This document shows positions 18,816 to 28,566 of a stretch of 64,000 nt of DNA, piece after piece. The notes below the pieces were generated by a model. It saw only the letters and a list, made by a program, of their open reading frames with translations. It made no database searches and was not told the DNA's origin. Origin of the DNA: Candidatus Arcticimaribacter sp. GTDB lineage: Bacteria > Bacteroidota > Bacteroidia > Flavobacteriales > Flavobacteriaceae. How positions within the stretch are numbered: the stretch's first letter is position 1; each line of letters starts with the position of its first letter. Where the stretch lies: assembly GCA_038143215.1 (NCBI GenBank), contig JAYQLP010000001.1, positions 38,399 to 102,398 of the forward strand, read 5' to 3'. The translations under genes were made by a program, and so were the position numbers.

Positions 18816-20653
18816 AAACGATAGTTGAGACCGAGTCGGAAATTCCGCCCTTGGGTTGCAAAGCCTAAGAGCTCGGTGTAGTCTTCATCGAAAAGGTTGG
18901 TTAGCCAAGCGTTCAATTCCAAATTGGTTTTCGCAAATCGTTTGCTGTACTTTAAATCCACCAACGAATAGGCTTCTAAAGAACTTGAGTCGATGGCTTG
19001 TCTTTTTCCGCGATAGGCATAAACAAGACCAATTCCATTCGATTGAAAACGATAATTGAGATCTAAATTCCACGCGTGTTTAGGTAGGCGTGCCAAAACC
19101 CCTTCTTCCAATTCAGTGAAGGTATAATTCAAGTTGAAATCAACAAGTGAGAAAAGACGATTTCGATAGGTATATTCGAATCCTCTAACCTTAAAATCGG
19201 CAGCGGCGTTTGCATAAGCATAGGTAGAATCAAAAATGATTTTATAATCTTCGTTGCGTTGAAAGTAAACAAGGCTCGAGCGCGCCTCCTTTGATGCCCA
19301 GACAAGTCCTATTTCTGAAGAAGTAGATTCTTCTGGAGCCAAGTTAGGGTTGCCCGAATAAGCATCGTAAAGTTGAAATAAACTTGGAGCAATGAATGCA
19401 GAACTTACATCACTTATTAACTTTAAGGATCCTGTTTTGAGTGGAATTAAAAAAGAAGGATTAAAGGTATAGGTAAAGTGATTCCCGTACAATTGATGTT
19501 GATTCATCCTGATCCCTCCATTGAAATTAAACCCCTTTTCCCCCATATAGACAAGACTGGTAAACACATCATTCTGATGTGTAGGGAGAGCTCCTTCGTA
19601 AACAGCTTCTTGATATAGCCACCCTTGAATGCTGTATAAGCGGGGAGTTAGTTGTAGTTTATTCATTACCTCAACAGAACGGTTGTTTGCCAAATAAGTG
19701 GAGGGATAATTATCACGGTATTCGCGACGTGTTTTTTGCATTCCACCCTGGAAAGATAGCGTCCCTTTATTGTAGCTGTATTCAGAATTAAAGGCAATAT
19801 TTTCTAAAAAACTAAATCCATAAAAGTCGGCGTCACTCAGAGGAAAAATATTGTCATAATCGCTTTTAATCTGACTTTTACTTGCAATCAGTTTTACCTT
19901 TAAACCCTTATTTTCGTAGCCCACTTGACCATTGAGGTTATAACGGAAAAAAGCATCCGTTTCTGTTCCTGAAACCACAGAAGACATTCCGTCTGTCGAG
20001 AGGGAGGAAACTCCAAAACGATAATACCAGTTTTCTTTTTTATGGGTATAATTTAAAGCATTGGAAAAATAACTCACCCCTTTCAACGACTGGTTTGAGG
20101 CTTGCTCTGTTCCGCCAACCAAACTGATATTGAATCGATTGTCTTGATTTTTTCGAGTGGTAATTCGGATAACGCCTGCGGCGGCGGCACTTCCATACAA
20201 CGTACTTGCCCCCCCTTTTAAAATTTCAATTGAATCAATATCACTCAACGAAAGCATATTCAAATCAAAATCATTTCCAATTCGAGAGGGGTCGCTCACA
20301 CGCACGCCATCCACTAAAATTAGCACCTGGTTGTTGAGACTCCCGCGAAGGGCTACACGCAGGTTTTGCCCTGTCACCGATCGATTTCCAAGCACCACCA
20401 CACCCGATTTTGTGCTTAAAAGACTGGCCAAGCTACGCCCAGAAAATTCTTCAATTTCTTTTCGTGAAATTTGAACTACTGTTTTTCCAGAATTCGATAA
20501 TTTAATGGGCAGCCGCGTGTCGGAAAGGACTACCTCCTCCAAAACATTCGAAGGGTTGACAATGGTGTCTAAGCTTTGTTCTTTTTGTTGTGCGTTGCCA
20601 ACGAAGGAAATGGAAAGGAAGACCATCCCCAAATAGGTGCGTGTGTTTTTCAT
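18812..20653 (-). CDS. btuB: TonB-dependent receptor, probable cobalamin transporter
   Basis: LEEVVLS TonB box, plug LRG...VLILVDG, IEILKGGASTLYG, NPNL.PE, NLFDEDY, terminal Phe; directly downstream of a cobalamin riboswitch. Confidence 0.85.
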   Translation of the reverse strand: MKNTRTYLGMVFLSISFVGNAQQKEQSLDTIVNPSNVLEEVVLSDTRLPIKLSNSGKTVVQISRKEIEEFSGRSLASLLSTKSGVVVLGNRSVTGQNLRVALRGSLNNQVLILVDGVRVSDPSRIGNDFDLNMLSLSDIDSIEILKGGASTLYGSAAAAGVIRITTRKNQDNRFNISLVGGTEQASNQSLKGVSYFSNALNYTHKKENWYYRFGVSSLSTDGMSSVVSGTETDAFFRYNLNGQVGYENKGLKVKLIASKSQIKSDYDNIFPLSDADFYGFSFLENIAFNSEYSYNKGTLSFQGGMQKTRREYRDNYPSTYLANNRSVEVMNKLQLTPRLYSIQGWLYQEAVYEGALPTHQNDVFTSLVYMGEKGFNFNGGIRMNQHQLYGNHFTYTFNPSFLIPLKTGSLKLISDVSSAFIAPSLFQLYDAYSGNPNLAPEESTSSEIGLVWASKEARSSLVYFQRNEDYKIIFDSTYAYANAAADFKVRGFEYTYRNRLFSLVDFNLNYTFTELEEGVLARLPKHAWNLDLNYRFQSNGIGLVYAYRGKRQAIDSSSLEAYSLVDLKYSKRFAKTNLELNAWLTNLFDEDYTELLGFATQGRNFRLGLNYRF

Positions 20654-20724
20654 TTTAACGTATTATCTACGGGATAGATTCAATAGCCATATTTTTCTTT
20701 ATCCCCGAAGAAAAACATCACTAT

Positions 20725-20890
20725 AATTGGGCAGGTCTCCTGGCTCGGGTTTTTCTAGCTACCTTCCCGATGCGTACATCAGTGGTTTAAAGAGGCTAGA
20801 AACGCCTAAAAGGCATAACTTACAGTTGCGGGTACAGCATTGGATTTTCACCAATTTCCCTATTAAACTTGCGTAAACAAGTACCTAATT
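20725..20890 (-). promoter_or_regulatory. Cobalamin riboswitch
   Basis: Minus strand AGGT...AATAGGGAA..GGTGAAAATCC..CTGTACCCGCAACTGTAA...CCACTG...GGGAAGG...GAGCCAGGAGACCTGCC (B12 box), closed by AATTAGG/CCCAATT; downstream CTTCGGGGATAAAG expression platform. Confidence 0.95.
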
Positions 20891-20918
20891 ACGGTGTGAA
20901 ATTACGAACTTTAATTGG

Positions 20919-21413
20919 TTAAACGGCTTTCAAATATCTTTTTTCAATAAAAGAATAAGTTCCAAAAAGGACGGCAGTGTAGAATAAATCTCCGAGAAGC
21001 GTGTTGGTATAAAATGGAATTGCGAGAGTAAAACAAGAAAAAAGACCCGCCAAGGTTTTTGGATAGTACAACACCCACACCCCCAAGTTAGAAACCACAA
21101 AGAAAACAATGGAAGAAGCAAAAGTGACTCCTAAATTCAGTTGTTTTCTTCCCATGCCTAGCAATGAAATGGTTGCGAAAGAAGCATACACAAACAGGTT
21201 GATTAAACTTAACCCAAGAAACAAGTCCGATAGAAACAGACAGACGAGAGGTAAAAATAAAGCCCAAACGCGATTACTCAACTTGGCCGCTGCAAATAGT
21301 GCAATACCCGTAATGGGTGCAAAATTTGGAGGATGCGGAATTAATCTACTTACCACAGCAAGTAGAATTAATCCAATGATAATTTTCTTTTCCCTTTCCA
21401 TCAAAATCTTCAT
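20919..21413 (-). CDS. DUF6580-like small integral membrane protein (putative transporter)
   Basis: RLIPHPPNFAPI..IALF, SDL..G, FF.VSN.GVW...YP....GL..C...AIPF..NTL.GDL.Y; about 5-6 hydrophobic segments. Start may be the second Met at 21401. Confidence 0.75.
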   Translation of the reverse strand: MKILMEREKKIIIGLILLAVVSRLIPHPPNFAPITGIALFAAAKLSNRVWALFLPLVCLFLSDLFLGLSLINLFVYASFATISLLGMGRKQLNLGVTFASSIVFFVVSNLGVWVLYYPKTLAGLFSCFTLAIPFYTNTLLGDLFYTAVLFGTYSFIEKRYLKAV

Positions 21414-21434
21414 TATAGGGTTAAAGGTATATAT

Positions 21435-24287
21435 TTATTTTGTAAGGTACATTTTTCTTCGTGCATATAAATTGTAAAACTCATCGTCTTTCAAGGAATC
21501 TACAAACAAAATGCTTTCTCCTGTACTTTTCATTTCGGGTCCTAATTGTTTATTCACATTTGGGAACTTGTTGAATGAAAAGACCGGTTGCTTAATGGCA
21601 TACCCTTCCAATTGGGGATTAAAATCAAAATCGGTAACCTTCTTCTCCCCTAGCATTACTTTGGTTGCATAATTTACATAAGGCTCTTTGTAAGCTTTAG
21701 CAATAAAAGGCACAGTTCGCGAGGCTCGCGGATTGGCTTCAATAATATACACCTTGTCGTTTTTTACTGCAAACTGAATGTTGATCAGTCCCACCGTGTT
21801 TAATGCCTTAGCGATTTTATGGGTATGGTCTTTTATTTGCTGTAAAACATACTCTCCTAAGTTAAAGACTGGTAAGGTAGCATTTGAATCTCCAGAGTGA
21901 ATTCCACAAGGTTCAATGTGCTCCATAATCCCAATGATATAGACATTTTCACCATCGCAAATTGCATCAGCTTCGGCTTCAATTGCCCCATCGAGATAAT
22001 GGTCGAGCAAGAGTTTATTATTTGGAATTTTTCGCAATAAATCAACTACATGCTTCTCCAATTCCTCTTTGTTTATAACGATCTTCATTCCTTGTCCTCC
22101 CAATACATAAGAAGGTCTCACCAAAATTGGAAAATCCAATTGATCGGCTAACGCGAGAGCTTCGTCGGCGTTTTCAGCAACACCAAATTCTGGGTAAGGA
22201 ATGTTGTTGTTTTTCAAAAGGGTAGAAAAACTTCCTCTATCTTCTGCTAAATCGAGCGATTGGAAACTTGTTCCAATGATTTTGATTCCGTAGCGATCCA
22301 GCTTTTCTGCTAATTTAAGAGCGGTTTGTCCTCCCAACTGCACAATCACACCTTCGGGTTTTTCGTGCTGGATGATGTCGTAAATGTGCTCCCAAAACAC
22401 AGGCTCAAAATAAAGCTTGTCTGCCGTATCAAAATCAGTAGATACTGTTTCTGGGTTACAGTTTATCATAATGGTTTCATAACCGCATTCTGAAGCGGCA
22501 AGTACACCGTGCACACAACAATAATCAAATTCTATCCCTTGACCAATTCGGTTGGGGCCAGAACCCAAAACAACAATTTTCTTTTTATCGGTAACCACAC
22601 TCTCATTTTCACTAAAGGGCGTAGCTCCTTTGGTTTGCATTTGCGCTTCAAAGGTAGAGTAATAGTAAGGTGTTTTTGCTGCAAATTCTGCCGCACAGGT
22701 ATCTACTAACTTATACACACGTTGAACCCCCATTTCCTCTCTCAAATTATATACCTGAGATTCTAGACAATCGAGCATATGCGCTATTTGTCGGTCTGCA
22801 AAACCCTTTTGTTTTGCTTCGAGTAAAAGAGGTTTTTCTAGGGTGTTGATGTTAAAAGTTGAAATTTCTTTTTCTAAAAGATGCAACTCTTCAAATTGAC
22901 GTAAAAACCATAAATCAATTTTTGTGATTTCGTGAATACGACTCAATGGAATTCCCATCTGAATAGCGTCATAAATCACAAAAACACGATCCCAGCTGGC
23001 ATGGGTAAGTTTTGAAATTACCGTTTCATAATCGGTATATCCTTTTCCATCGGCGCCTAAACCGTTTCGTTTTATTTCTAAAGACTGGGTAGCTTTATGA
23101 AGCGCTTCTTGAAACGAGCGTCCAATTCCCATGACCTCTCCTACCGATTTCATTTGTAGCCCGAGTTCACGATCTGAACCTTCGAACTTATCAAAGTTCC
23201 AACGTGGAATTTTTACAATTACATAATCCACCGATGGCTCAAATAAAGCAGATGTAGATTGTGTAATTTGATTGTCGAGTTCGTCGAGTGAATACCCAAT
23301 AGCGAGTTTGGCCGCAATTTTAGCAATTGGATATCCCGATGCCTTCGAAGCCAAAGCCGAAGAACGGGATACACGTGGATTAATTTCAATCGAAATAATG
23401 TCTTCATTTTCGTCGGGACTTACCGCAAATTGAACGTTACATCCGCCTGCAAAATCACCGATACGACGCATCATTTTAATGGCCAAATCACGCATACGTT
23501 GGTATGCTGTATCAGAAAGTGTCATGGCTGGAGCTACCGTAATCGAATCCCCGGTATGGATTCCCATGGGGTCCATATTTTCGATGGTACAAATGATGCC
23601 TACATTATCGTTTTTATCGCGTAGCAGCTCAAGTTCATATTCTTTCCAACCCAAAAGCGCTTTATCGATAAGTACTTCATGAATGGGTGAAGCTTCCAAA
23701 CCGCGAGTGAGCAATTCGTCAAAATCTTCTTCTTTATGCACAAAAGAAGCTCCTGTTCCTCCTAGTGTAAACGAAGGACGAATAACCAAAGGAAAACCAA
23801 ATTTTTGCGCGATTTCTTTTCCCTTTAGAAAAGAAGTTGCTGTTTCTGCTGGCGCAACTGGAATGTCCAAGGTTTGCATCAACTCTTTAAATTGTTGACG
23901 GTCTTCAGTAATGTTAATGGCGTCGATATCAACCCCTATGATTTCTACGTTATGATCCTCCCAAACTCCTTTTTCATCGGCTTCAATACACAAATTCAAT
24001 GCTGTTTGTCCTCCCATAGTGGGCAACACGGCATCGATGTCTTTATGCATTTCTAAAATTTCAATTAACGATTTTGTGGTCAGAGGTTTAAGGTATACGT
24101 GATCTGCCATCGATGGATCGGTCATGATCGTGGCAGGGTTAGAGTTGATCAGTACAGTTTCAATACCATCTTCTCGAAGCGAACGCAAGGCTTGTGATCC
24201 GGAATAGTCAAACTCACATGCTTGCCCAATAATAATGGGTCCCGATCCAATAATTAAAATTTTGTTTAGGTCTTCTCTTTTCGGCAT
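21435..24287 (-). CDS. carB: Carbamoyl-phosphate synthase large subunit (short Bacteroidota form)
   Basis: IGSGPIIIGQACEFDYSG, NPATIMTD, GIHTGDS, GSGPNRIGQGIEFDY, LGPEMKSTGE. Confidence 0.97.
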   Translation of the reverse strand: MPKREDLNKILIIGSGPIIIGQACEFDYSGSQALRSLREDGIETVLINSNPATIMTDPSMADHVYLKPLTTKSLIEILEMHKDIDAVLPTMGGQTALNLCIEADEKGVWEDHNVEIIGVDIDAINITEDRQQFKELMQTLDIPVAPAETATSFLKGKEIAQKFGFPLVIRPSFTLGGTGASFVHKEEDFDELLTRGLEASPIHEVLIDKALLGWKEYELELLRDKNDNVGIICTIENMDPMGIHTGDSITVAPAMTLSDTAYQRMRDLAIKMMRRIGDFAGGCNVQFAVSPDENEDIISIEINPRVSRSSALASKASGYPIAKIAAKLAIGYSLDELDNQITQSTSALFEPSVDYVIVKIPRWNFDKFEGSDRELGLQMKSVGEVMGIGRSFQEALHKATQSLEIKRNGLGADGKGYTDYETVISKLTHASWDRVFVIYDAIQMGIPLSRIHEITKIDLWFLRQFEELHLLEKEISTFNINTLEKPLLLEAKQKGFADRQIAHMLDCLESQVYNLREEMGVQRVYKLVDTCAAEFAAKTPYYYSTFEAQMQTKGATPFSENESVVTDKKKIVVLGSGPNRIGQGIEFDYCCVHGVLAASECGYETIMINCNPETVSTDFDTADKLYFEPVFWEHIYDIIQHEKPEGVIVQLGGQTALKLAEKLDRYGIKIIGTSFQSLDLAEDRGSFSTLLKNNNIPYPEFGVAENADEALALADQLDFPILVRPSYVLGGQGMKIVINKEELEKHVVDLLRKIPNNKLLLDHYLDGAIEAEADAICDGENVYIIGIMEHIEPCGIHSGDSNATLPVFNLGEYVLQQIKDHTHKIAKALNTVGLINIQFAVKNDKVYIIEANPRASRTVPFIAKAYKEPYVNYATKVMLGEKKVTDFDFNPQLEGYAIKQPVFSFNKFPNVNKQLGPEMKSTGESILFVDSLKDDEFYNLYARRKMYLTK

Positions 24288-24314
24288 AACTTATCGTATT
24301 TCACTTTAGTGTAT

Positions 24315-24350
24315 AAAAAAAGAGTGTTACTTAAAATAAAGTAACACTCT
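24315..24350 (-). terminator. Intrinsic terminator between rpmH and carB
   Basis: Perfect 12-bp inverted repeat AGAGTGTTACTT-N6-AAGTAACACTCT followed on the minus strand by a T run. Confidence 0.8.
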
Positions 24351-24370
24351 AATATGGTGATTATCAATCA

Positions 24371-24529
24371 TTATTTTTTGTGTCTTGGCTCTGAAGATAC
24401 TGATACTTTTTTTCTTCCTTTAGCACGACGGCTAGCAAGTACTTTACGGCCATTTGCAGATGCCATACGCTCTCTGAAACCGTGCTTATTTCTTCTTTTT
24501 CTTTTCGAAGGTTGAAATGTTCTTTTCAT
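24371..24529 (-). CDS. rpmH: 50S ribosomal protein L34 (below ORF-track cutoff)
   Basis: Manual translation [52 protein letters not shown]; TATATTTG at 24586-24579. Confidence 0.97.
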   Translation of the reverse strand: MKRTFQPSKRKRRNKHGFRERMASANGRKVLASRRAKGRKKVSVSSEPRHKK

Positions 24530-24656
24530 AATATCTTAGGATAAAAGGGTGTCCTTTTTTATTGAGGGCAAATATACAATATCTTTTATTTTTTACAAGC
24601 TTAAAGAAGATTTTGTTCCTAATGTTTTTTATTACTTTTGTGGCAAATAATCTTTT

Positions 24657-25172
24657 ATGTTTCCAAAAAGTTTAAAAATAGTTTTAGCAGCGCTTAGCTT
24701 TGGTTATGCGGTGTTTCAATTTATCGATAATGAGATCGGCAACGGTATTTTTTTATTGCTTATCACCGGTATGTTCGTTCTTCTCTACTTTAAAAATGAA
24801 TTGATTTTCTTGGCTTTTCTTCAGTTGCGCAAACAAAATTTTGAGGGAACGCTTCGATGGCTCATTCGGATTAAAAATCCAGAAAGCAGTTTGGTAACAA
24901 AGCAGCAAGGCTATTATCATTATTTACACGGAATCATCGAATCACAAACCAATCTTACCAAAGCTGAAAAGTCGTTTCGAAAAGCCTTGTCTCTAGGCTT
25001 ATCCATGCAAGCCGATTTGGCAATGACTAAATTAAGCTTAGCAGGCATTTTGCTTCAAAAAAGAAGAAAAAGAGAAGCTACAACCCTGCTTAGCGAAGCA
25101 AAAAAAGCAGATACGCACAACATGCTCACTGAGCAGATTCGAATGATGCAACAGCAGCTTAAGAAGATTTAA
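24657..25172 (+). CDS. Conserved membrane-anchored TPR-like protein
   Basis: Two N-terminal TM helices, then helical repeats (GYYHYLHG, AEK.FRKAL.LGL); TACTTTTG at 24633-24640. Confidence 0.65.
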   Translation: MFPKSLKIVLAALSFGYAVFQFIDNEIGNGIFLLLITGMFVLLYFKNELIFLAFLQLRKQNFEGTLRWLIRIKNPESSLVTKQQGYYHYLHGIIESQTNLTKAEKSFRKALSLGLSMQADLAMTKLSLAGILLQKRRKREATTLLSEAKKADTHNMLTEQIRMMQQQLKKI

Positions 25173-26083
25173 TCCGCTGCTTCTTCAGGAAGGGCAATCT
25201 GATATAATTTCCTTGATTTATTATTCAAATGGTTTTCAATTAACCAGGGATTATATATTTTCATGGTCTTGTAGTTCACTCCCATTTGCTTAGCGAAACG
25301 AGCAATATTAGTAATTGCGGTGTCTACCTCAACCGTTCGAAAAGTAAAGGGCTTATATTTTTGAGCCTCTGGCACATTGAATCCATAACTGGCTGGAGAT
25401 TCTAAAATCAATTTTACCGCTAAAATTCGAAAAACATAGCGTTTTGTTTCTGTCCCCAATAGCAAATCTTGATAAGTATCGGCTTGCTGTTTTTCAAGAA
25501 TCCGCCGAATACCGCTAATACCGCGGTTGTATGAAGCTGCTGCTAAGGTCCATGACCCCAAACGATCTTTTGCCTTCTTTAAATACTTACACGCCACTTT
25601 TGTCGACAAAATAATATTATAGCGCTCATCGACATTACTGTTAATTTCAAGACCATATTCTTTCCCTGTAGCACGCATAATTTGCCAAAAACCCTTTGCC
25701 CCTGCTGGAGATCTAAGGTTTTCAAAACCGCTTTCAATAAGAGCTAAATATTTGAAATCGTCGGGTACCCCCTCCTCCTCCAAAATACGTTCTATCAATG
25801 GAAAATATTTATTCGCTCTTTTAATCATCAACAATGTATTGGACTGCCAATAGGTATTGACCAAAAGTTCTTTGTCCATGCGCTCTATTAAATCTTGCTC
25901 GTTAAGAACGATTTCCTCTCCAGCAAAAAGAATGCGTTCGGGAATGTGAAGGGCATTGACTCTATAGGAAGAGGGATCTCCATAATCTACGAATGCCGAA
26001 TTGGATTCACTAATAAATGCCAAAGCAATTCCGCAAAAGAAAACGGCTAACACTATTTTTTGTGAAATGTTGAAGTTGGTCAT
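25169..26083 (-). CDS. Lytic transglycosylase (SLT/MltD-like)
   Basis: VPDDFKYLALIES, AGAKGFWQIM, VDERY, W.LAAASYNRG, ET.RYV. Confidence 0.92.
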   Translation of the reverse strand: MTNFNISQKIVLAVFFCGIALAFISESNSAFVDYGDPSSYRVNALHIPERILFAGEEIVLNEQDLIERMDKELLVNTYWQSNTLLMIKRANKYFPLIERILEEEGVPDDFKYLALIESGFENLRSPAGAKGFWQIMRATGKEYGLEINSNVDERYNIILSTKVACKYLKKAKDRLGSWTLAAASYNRGISGIRRILEKQQADTYQDLLLGTETKRYVFRILAVKLILESPASYGFNVPEAQKYKPFTFRTVEVDTAITNIARFAKQMGVNYKTMKIYNPWLIENHLNNKSRKLYQIALPEEAAD

Positions 26084-26085
26084 AA

Positions 26086-26763
26086 TTAAAAATGTTGTTG
26101 AATAATTTCGGGTAAGCGGCTATTAAACCAACGGTGATGGGTTAAAATCATTGCATGGGTAGCCCCCTTTATTTGATAAAAGTTGTGACTTGTGTCTAAA
26201 TTTTTTAGTGGAAAAACAGCATCTTGGGAGCCATGAATGTGCACCACTTCATCACTTGGTTGCGTTTGTTTCCAATGCACAATCTGATGCATGGACCAAT
26301 CCAAGTAAAAAGAATCTCTTTCCGAAAGGTATTTTTGGTAGGACTTTACTCTCTCTTCAATAGAGGGTCCAAAAACAAACAAAGCAAGGCTTTCTAAACT
26401 TTCAATCCACTGTGTAGGAAGCAGTTTATGGAAACCTGTCCGCTTGGCTAGGCGCATAGACAGGGGAAGTTCCAAACGCGATTTTACACTAGAAACTATA
26501 ATGACTCCACGACAAGCAATATGTTTGGCTATTTCTTGCATTAAAATTCCTCCAAAAGAAACACCGAGTAAAATCGGGTGGTCTTTTTCAATACGTTCCG
26601 ACATCCTTTTTGCATATGCTGCTAAGGCTTCCCCTTTTTGAGGTGGAATCCACGAAAGCTTGTGCAACACAAAAGAATTAGGCAATTCAATGAATTCAAA
26701 TATTCTAGGACTGGCTGCCATTCCAGGCATCAAATAAACGGGTATTGGTACTGTCTTGCTCAC
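26086..26763 (-). CDS. Alpha/beta hydrolase
   Basis: MPGMAA, GVSFGG nucleophile elbow, HIHG..D.VFP, GATH. Confidence 0.85.
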   Translation of the reverse strand: MSKTVPIPVYLMPGMAASPRIFEFIELPNSFVLHKLSWIPPQKGEALAAYAKRMSERIEKDHPILLGVSFGGILMQEIAKHIACRGVIIVSSVKSRLELPLSMRLAKRTGFHKLLPTQWIESLESLALFVFGPSIEERVKSYQKYLSERDSFYLDWSMHQIVHWKQTQPSDEVVHIHGSQDAVFPLKNLDTSHNFYQIKGATHAMILTHHRWFNSRLPEIIQQHF

Positions 26764-26885
26764 TCTATGTTAAGAAAACCTTAAGGTATGCTATTTTTTT
26801 GTATATTTGTGTTCCCAATTTGGGAAGACTAAATTACCAATTTTAGACTAGATTATTTAGAAATCAATCTTAAACAAAATCATTT

Positions 26886-27179
26886 ATGAGCGAACTCATT
26901 TTAGAAAACAATGACTTTTTAAGACAATTTGAAGTCATCGTTGACGATACAATGGCGCGAATCGAATATGCTGAGCAAGAAAGAAAAATCTTCTTAACTA
27001 AATTAATTGTTCCCGAGAACATTGCCTCCACCAGCTTTAAAGACGCATTTATAAAGCTTGTTTTAGATGATGTGGCAGAAAGAAACCTAAAAGTTGTTCC
27101 TACGAGTCCAGAAATTGCTGGTTTTCTTCGTAAAAACAAAAAATACAAATCTCTTTTACCCGTGGGAATTAAGTTATAA
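26886..27179 (+). CDS. Small GNAT-like (YjdJ-type) protein
   Basis: N...RQFE......A.IEY......FLTKL.VP...L.VVPT.P; TATATTTG at 26802-26809. Confidence 0.75.
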   Translation: MSELILENNDFLRQFEVIVDDTMARIEYAEQERKIFLTKLIVPENIASTSFKDAFIKLVLDDVAERNLKVVPTSPEIAGFLRKNKKYKSLLPVGIKL

Positions 27180-27183
27180 TCAC

Positions 27184-28523
27184 TTAGATTCTTACAAATC
27201 CTTCCTCGTCAATTCTGTCTAGTACAGTGGTTTCTGTGGTATTTATTGCCTCGGGGTTCCATGCTTTTCTCACCTTGACATAATTACTGGTAAACCCGTG
27301 AATAAAACCTTCTTTATTCTCTCCTTCCCATAAAATGGACTGAGTGGACCCTAATTGGGATTGATAAAAATGATGCCGCTTTTTAGCGGATAAGCCGCGT
27401 AACATTTTTGAACGTTTATTTCGAATAGCCATAGGAACAACTCCTTCAAAATCTGCTGCCTCTGTATTGGGGCGTTCTGAGTAGGTGAAAACGTGTAAAT
27501 ACGAAACATCTAATTCAGATAGAAAACGATAGGTCGTAAGAAAATCCTCCTCCGTTTCACCAGGAAAACCTACAATGACATCGACACCAATACAAGCATG
27601 TGGCATTTTAGACTTTATGTGTTCCACGCGTTCTTTGTACAAACCAGATAAATAACGGCGTCTCATTTTTTTCAAAATGGCATCGCTTCCGCTTTGCAAA
27701 GGCACATGAAAGTGAGGCACAAAAGCTTTGCTGTTTGAGACAAAATCAATGATGTCGTTTTTCAATAAATTGGGTTCAATAGAAGAAATACGCACCCGCT
27801 CAATGCCTTTAATCTGATCGAGGGCTGTTACTAAATCTAAGAAGGTATCTTGATGCTTTTTTAAACCAAATTCTCCTTTCCCAAAGTCACCAATGTTGAC
27901 TCCTGTAAGGACAATTTCACGAATTCCCTTTTTAATAATTTCATCTGCCCTGTCGACCACATTGGCTACCGTGTCACTTCTAGAAATCCCTCTTGCTAAA
28001 GGAATGGTACAGTAAGAACATTTATAATCACATCCGTCTTGAACTTTTAAAAATGCACGAGTACGCTGTCCTGTCGAAAAACTACTTTTAAAGGAATTGA
28101 CCTCTTCAATTTCACAGGCATGAATGGCGGATTCCTCCTTTTTTGAAATGTCATGTAAAAAGGAAGTCAAATTAAATTTTTCTGAAGCCCCAAGAACCAA
28201 GTCAACACCATCGACTTTTGCCAATTCCTCGGGCTGAAGTTGCGCATAGCAACCGATAGCTGCAACAAAGGCGTCTTTGTTTTTCTGTAAAGCTTTCTTC
28301 ACCAAACCCTTAAAGCGCTTGTCTGCGTTTTCAGTTACCGAGCAGGTATTAATAACATAAACATCTGCTTCGTCTTCAAAAGCAACCGTTTGGTAATGTT
28401 GTGGAGAAAAGTCCTTTTCTATTTCAGCAGTTTCAGAAAAGTTGAGTTTACACCCAAGGGTATGGAACGCCACACGGGTAAGCTTTTTGACTGAAACTGG
28501 GTTTGAACAAGAGAAGCGCTCAC
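27184..28523 (-). CDS. mtaB: tRNA t6A37 methylthiotransferase (start uncertain: GTG 28473, or GTG 28523 with a 1-bp deficit at 28476-28478)
   Basis: TLGCKLNFSET, INTCSVT, radical-SAM KVQDGCDYKCSYC, VIVGFPGET, LHVFTYSER. Confidence 0.92.
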
Positions 28524-28540
28524 GAAATAAAATATTGACT

Positions 28541-28559
28541 TAAATTTGACACAAAGATA
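28541..28559. promoter_or_regulatory. Face-to-face -7 elements for the SBP gene (+, TAAATTTG 28541-28548) and mtaB (-, TATCTTTG 28559-28552)
   Basis: Two perfect TAnnTTTG matches on opposite strands, 3 bp apart. Confidence 0.65.
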
Positions 28560-28566
28560 CACTTTG

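Noticed and set aside
21435-24287. carB appears short (950 aa) and has no adjacent carA
   Set aside because: Both ATP-grasp halves are intact and the gene ends cleanly. To my knowledge the short form and separation from carA are normal in this lineage.
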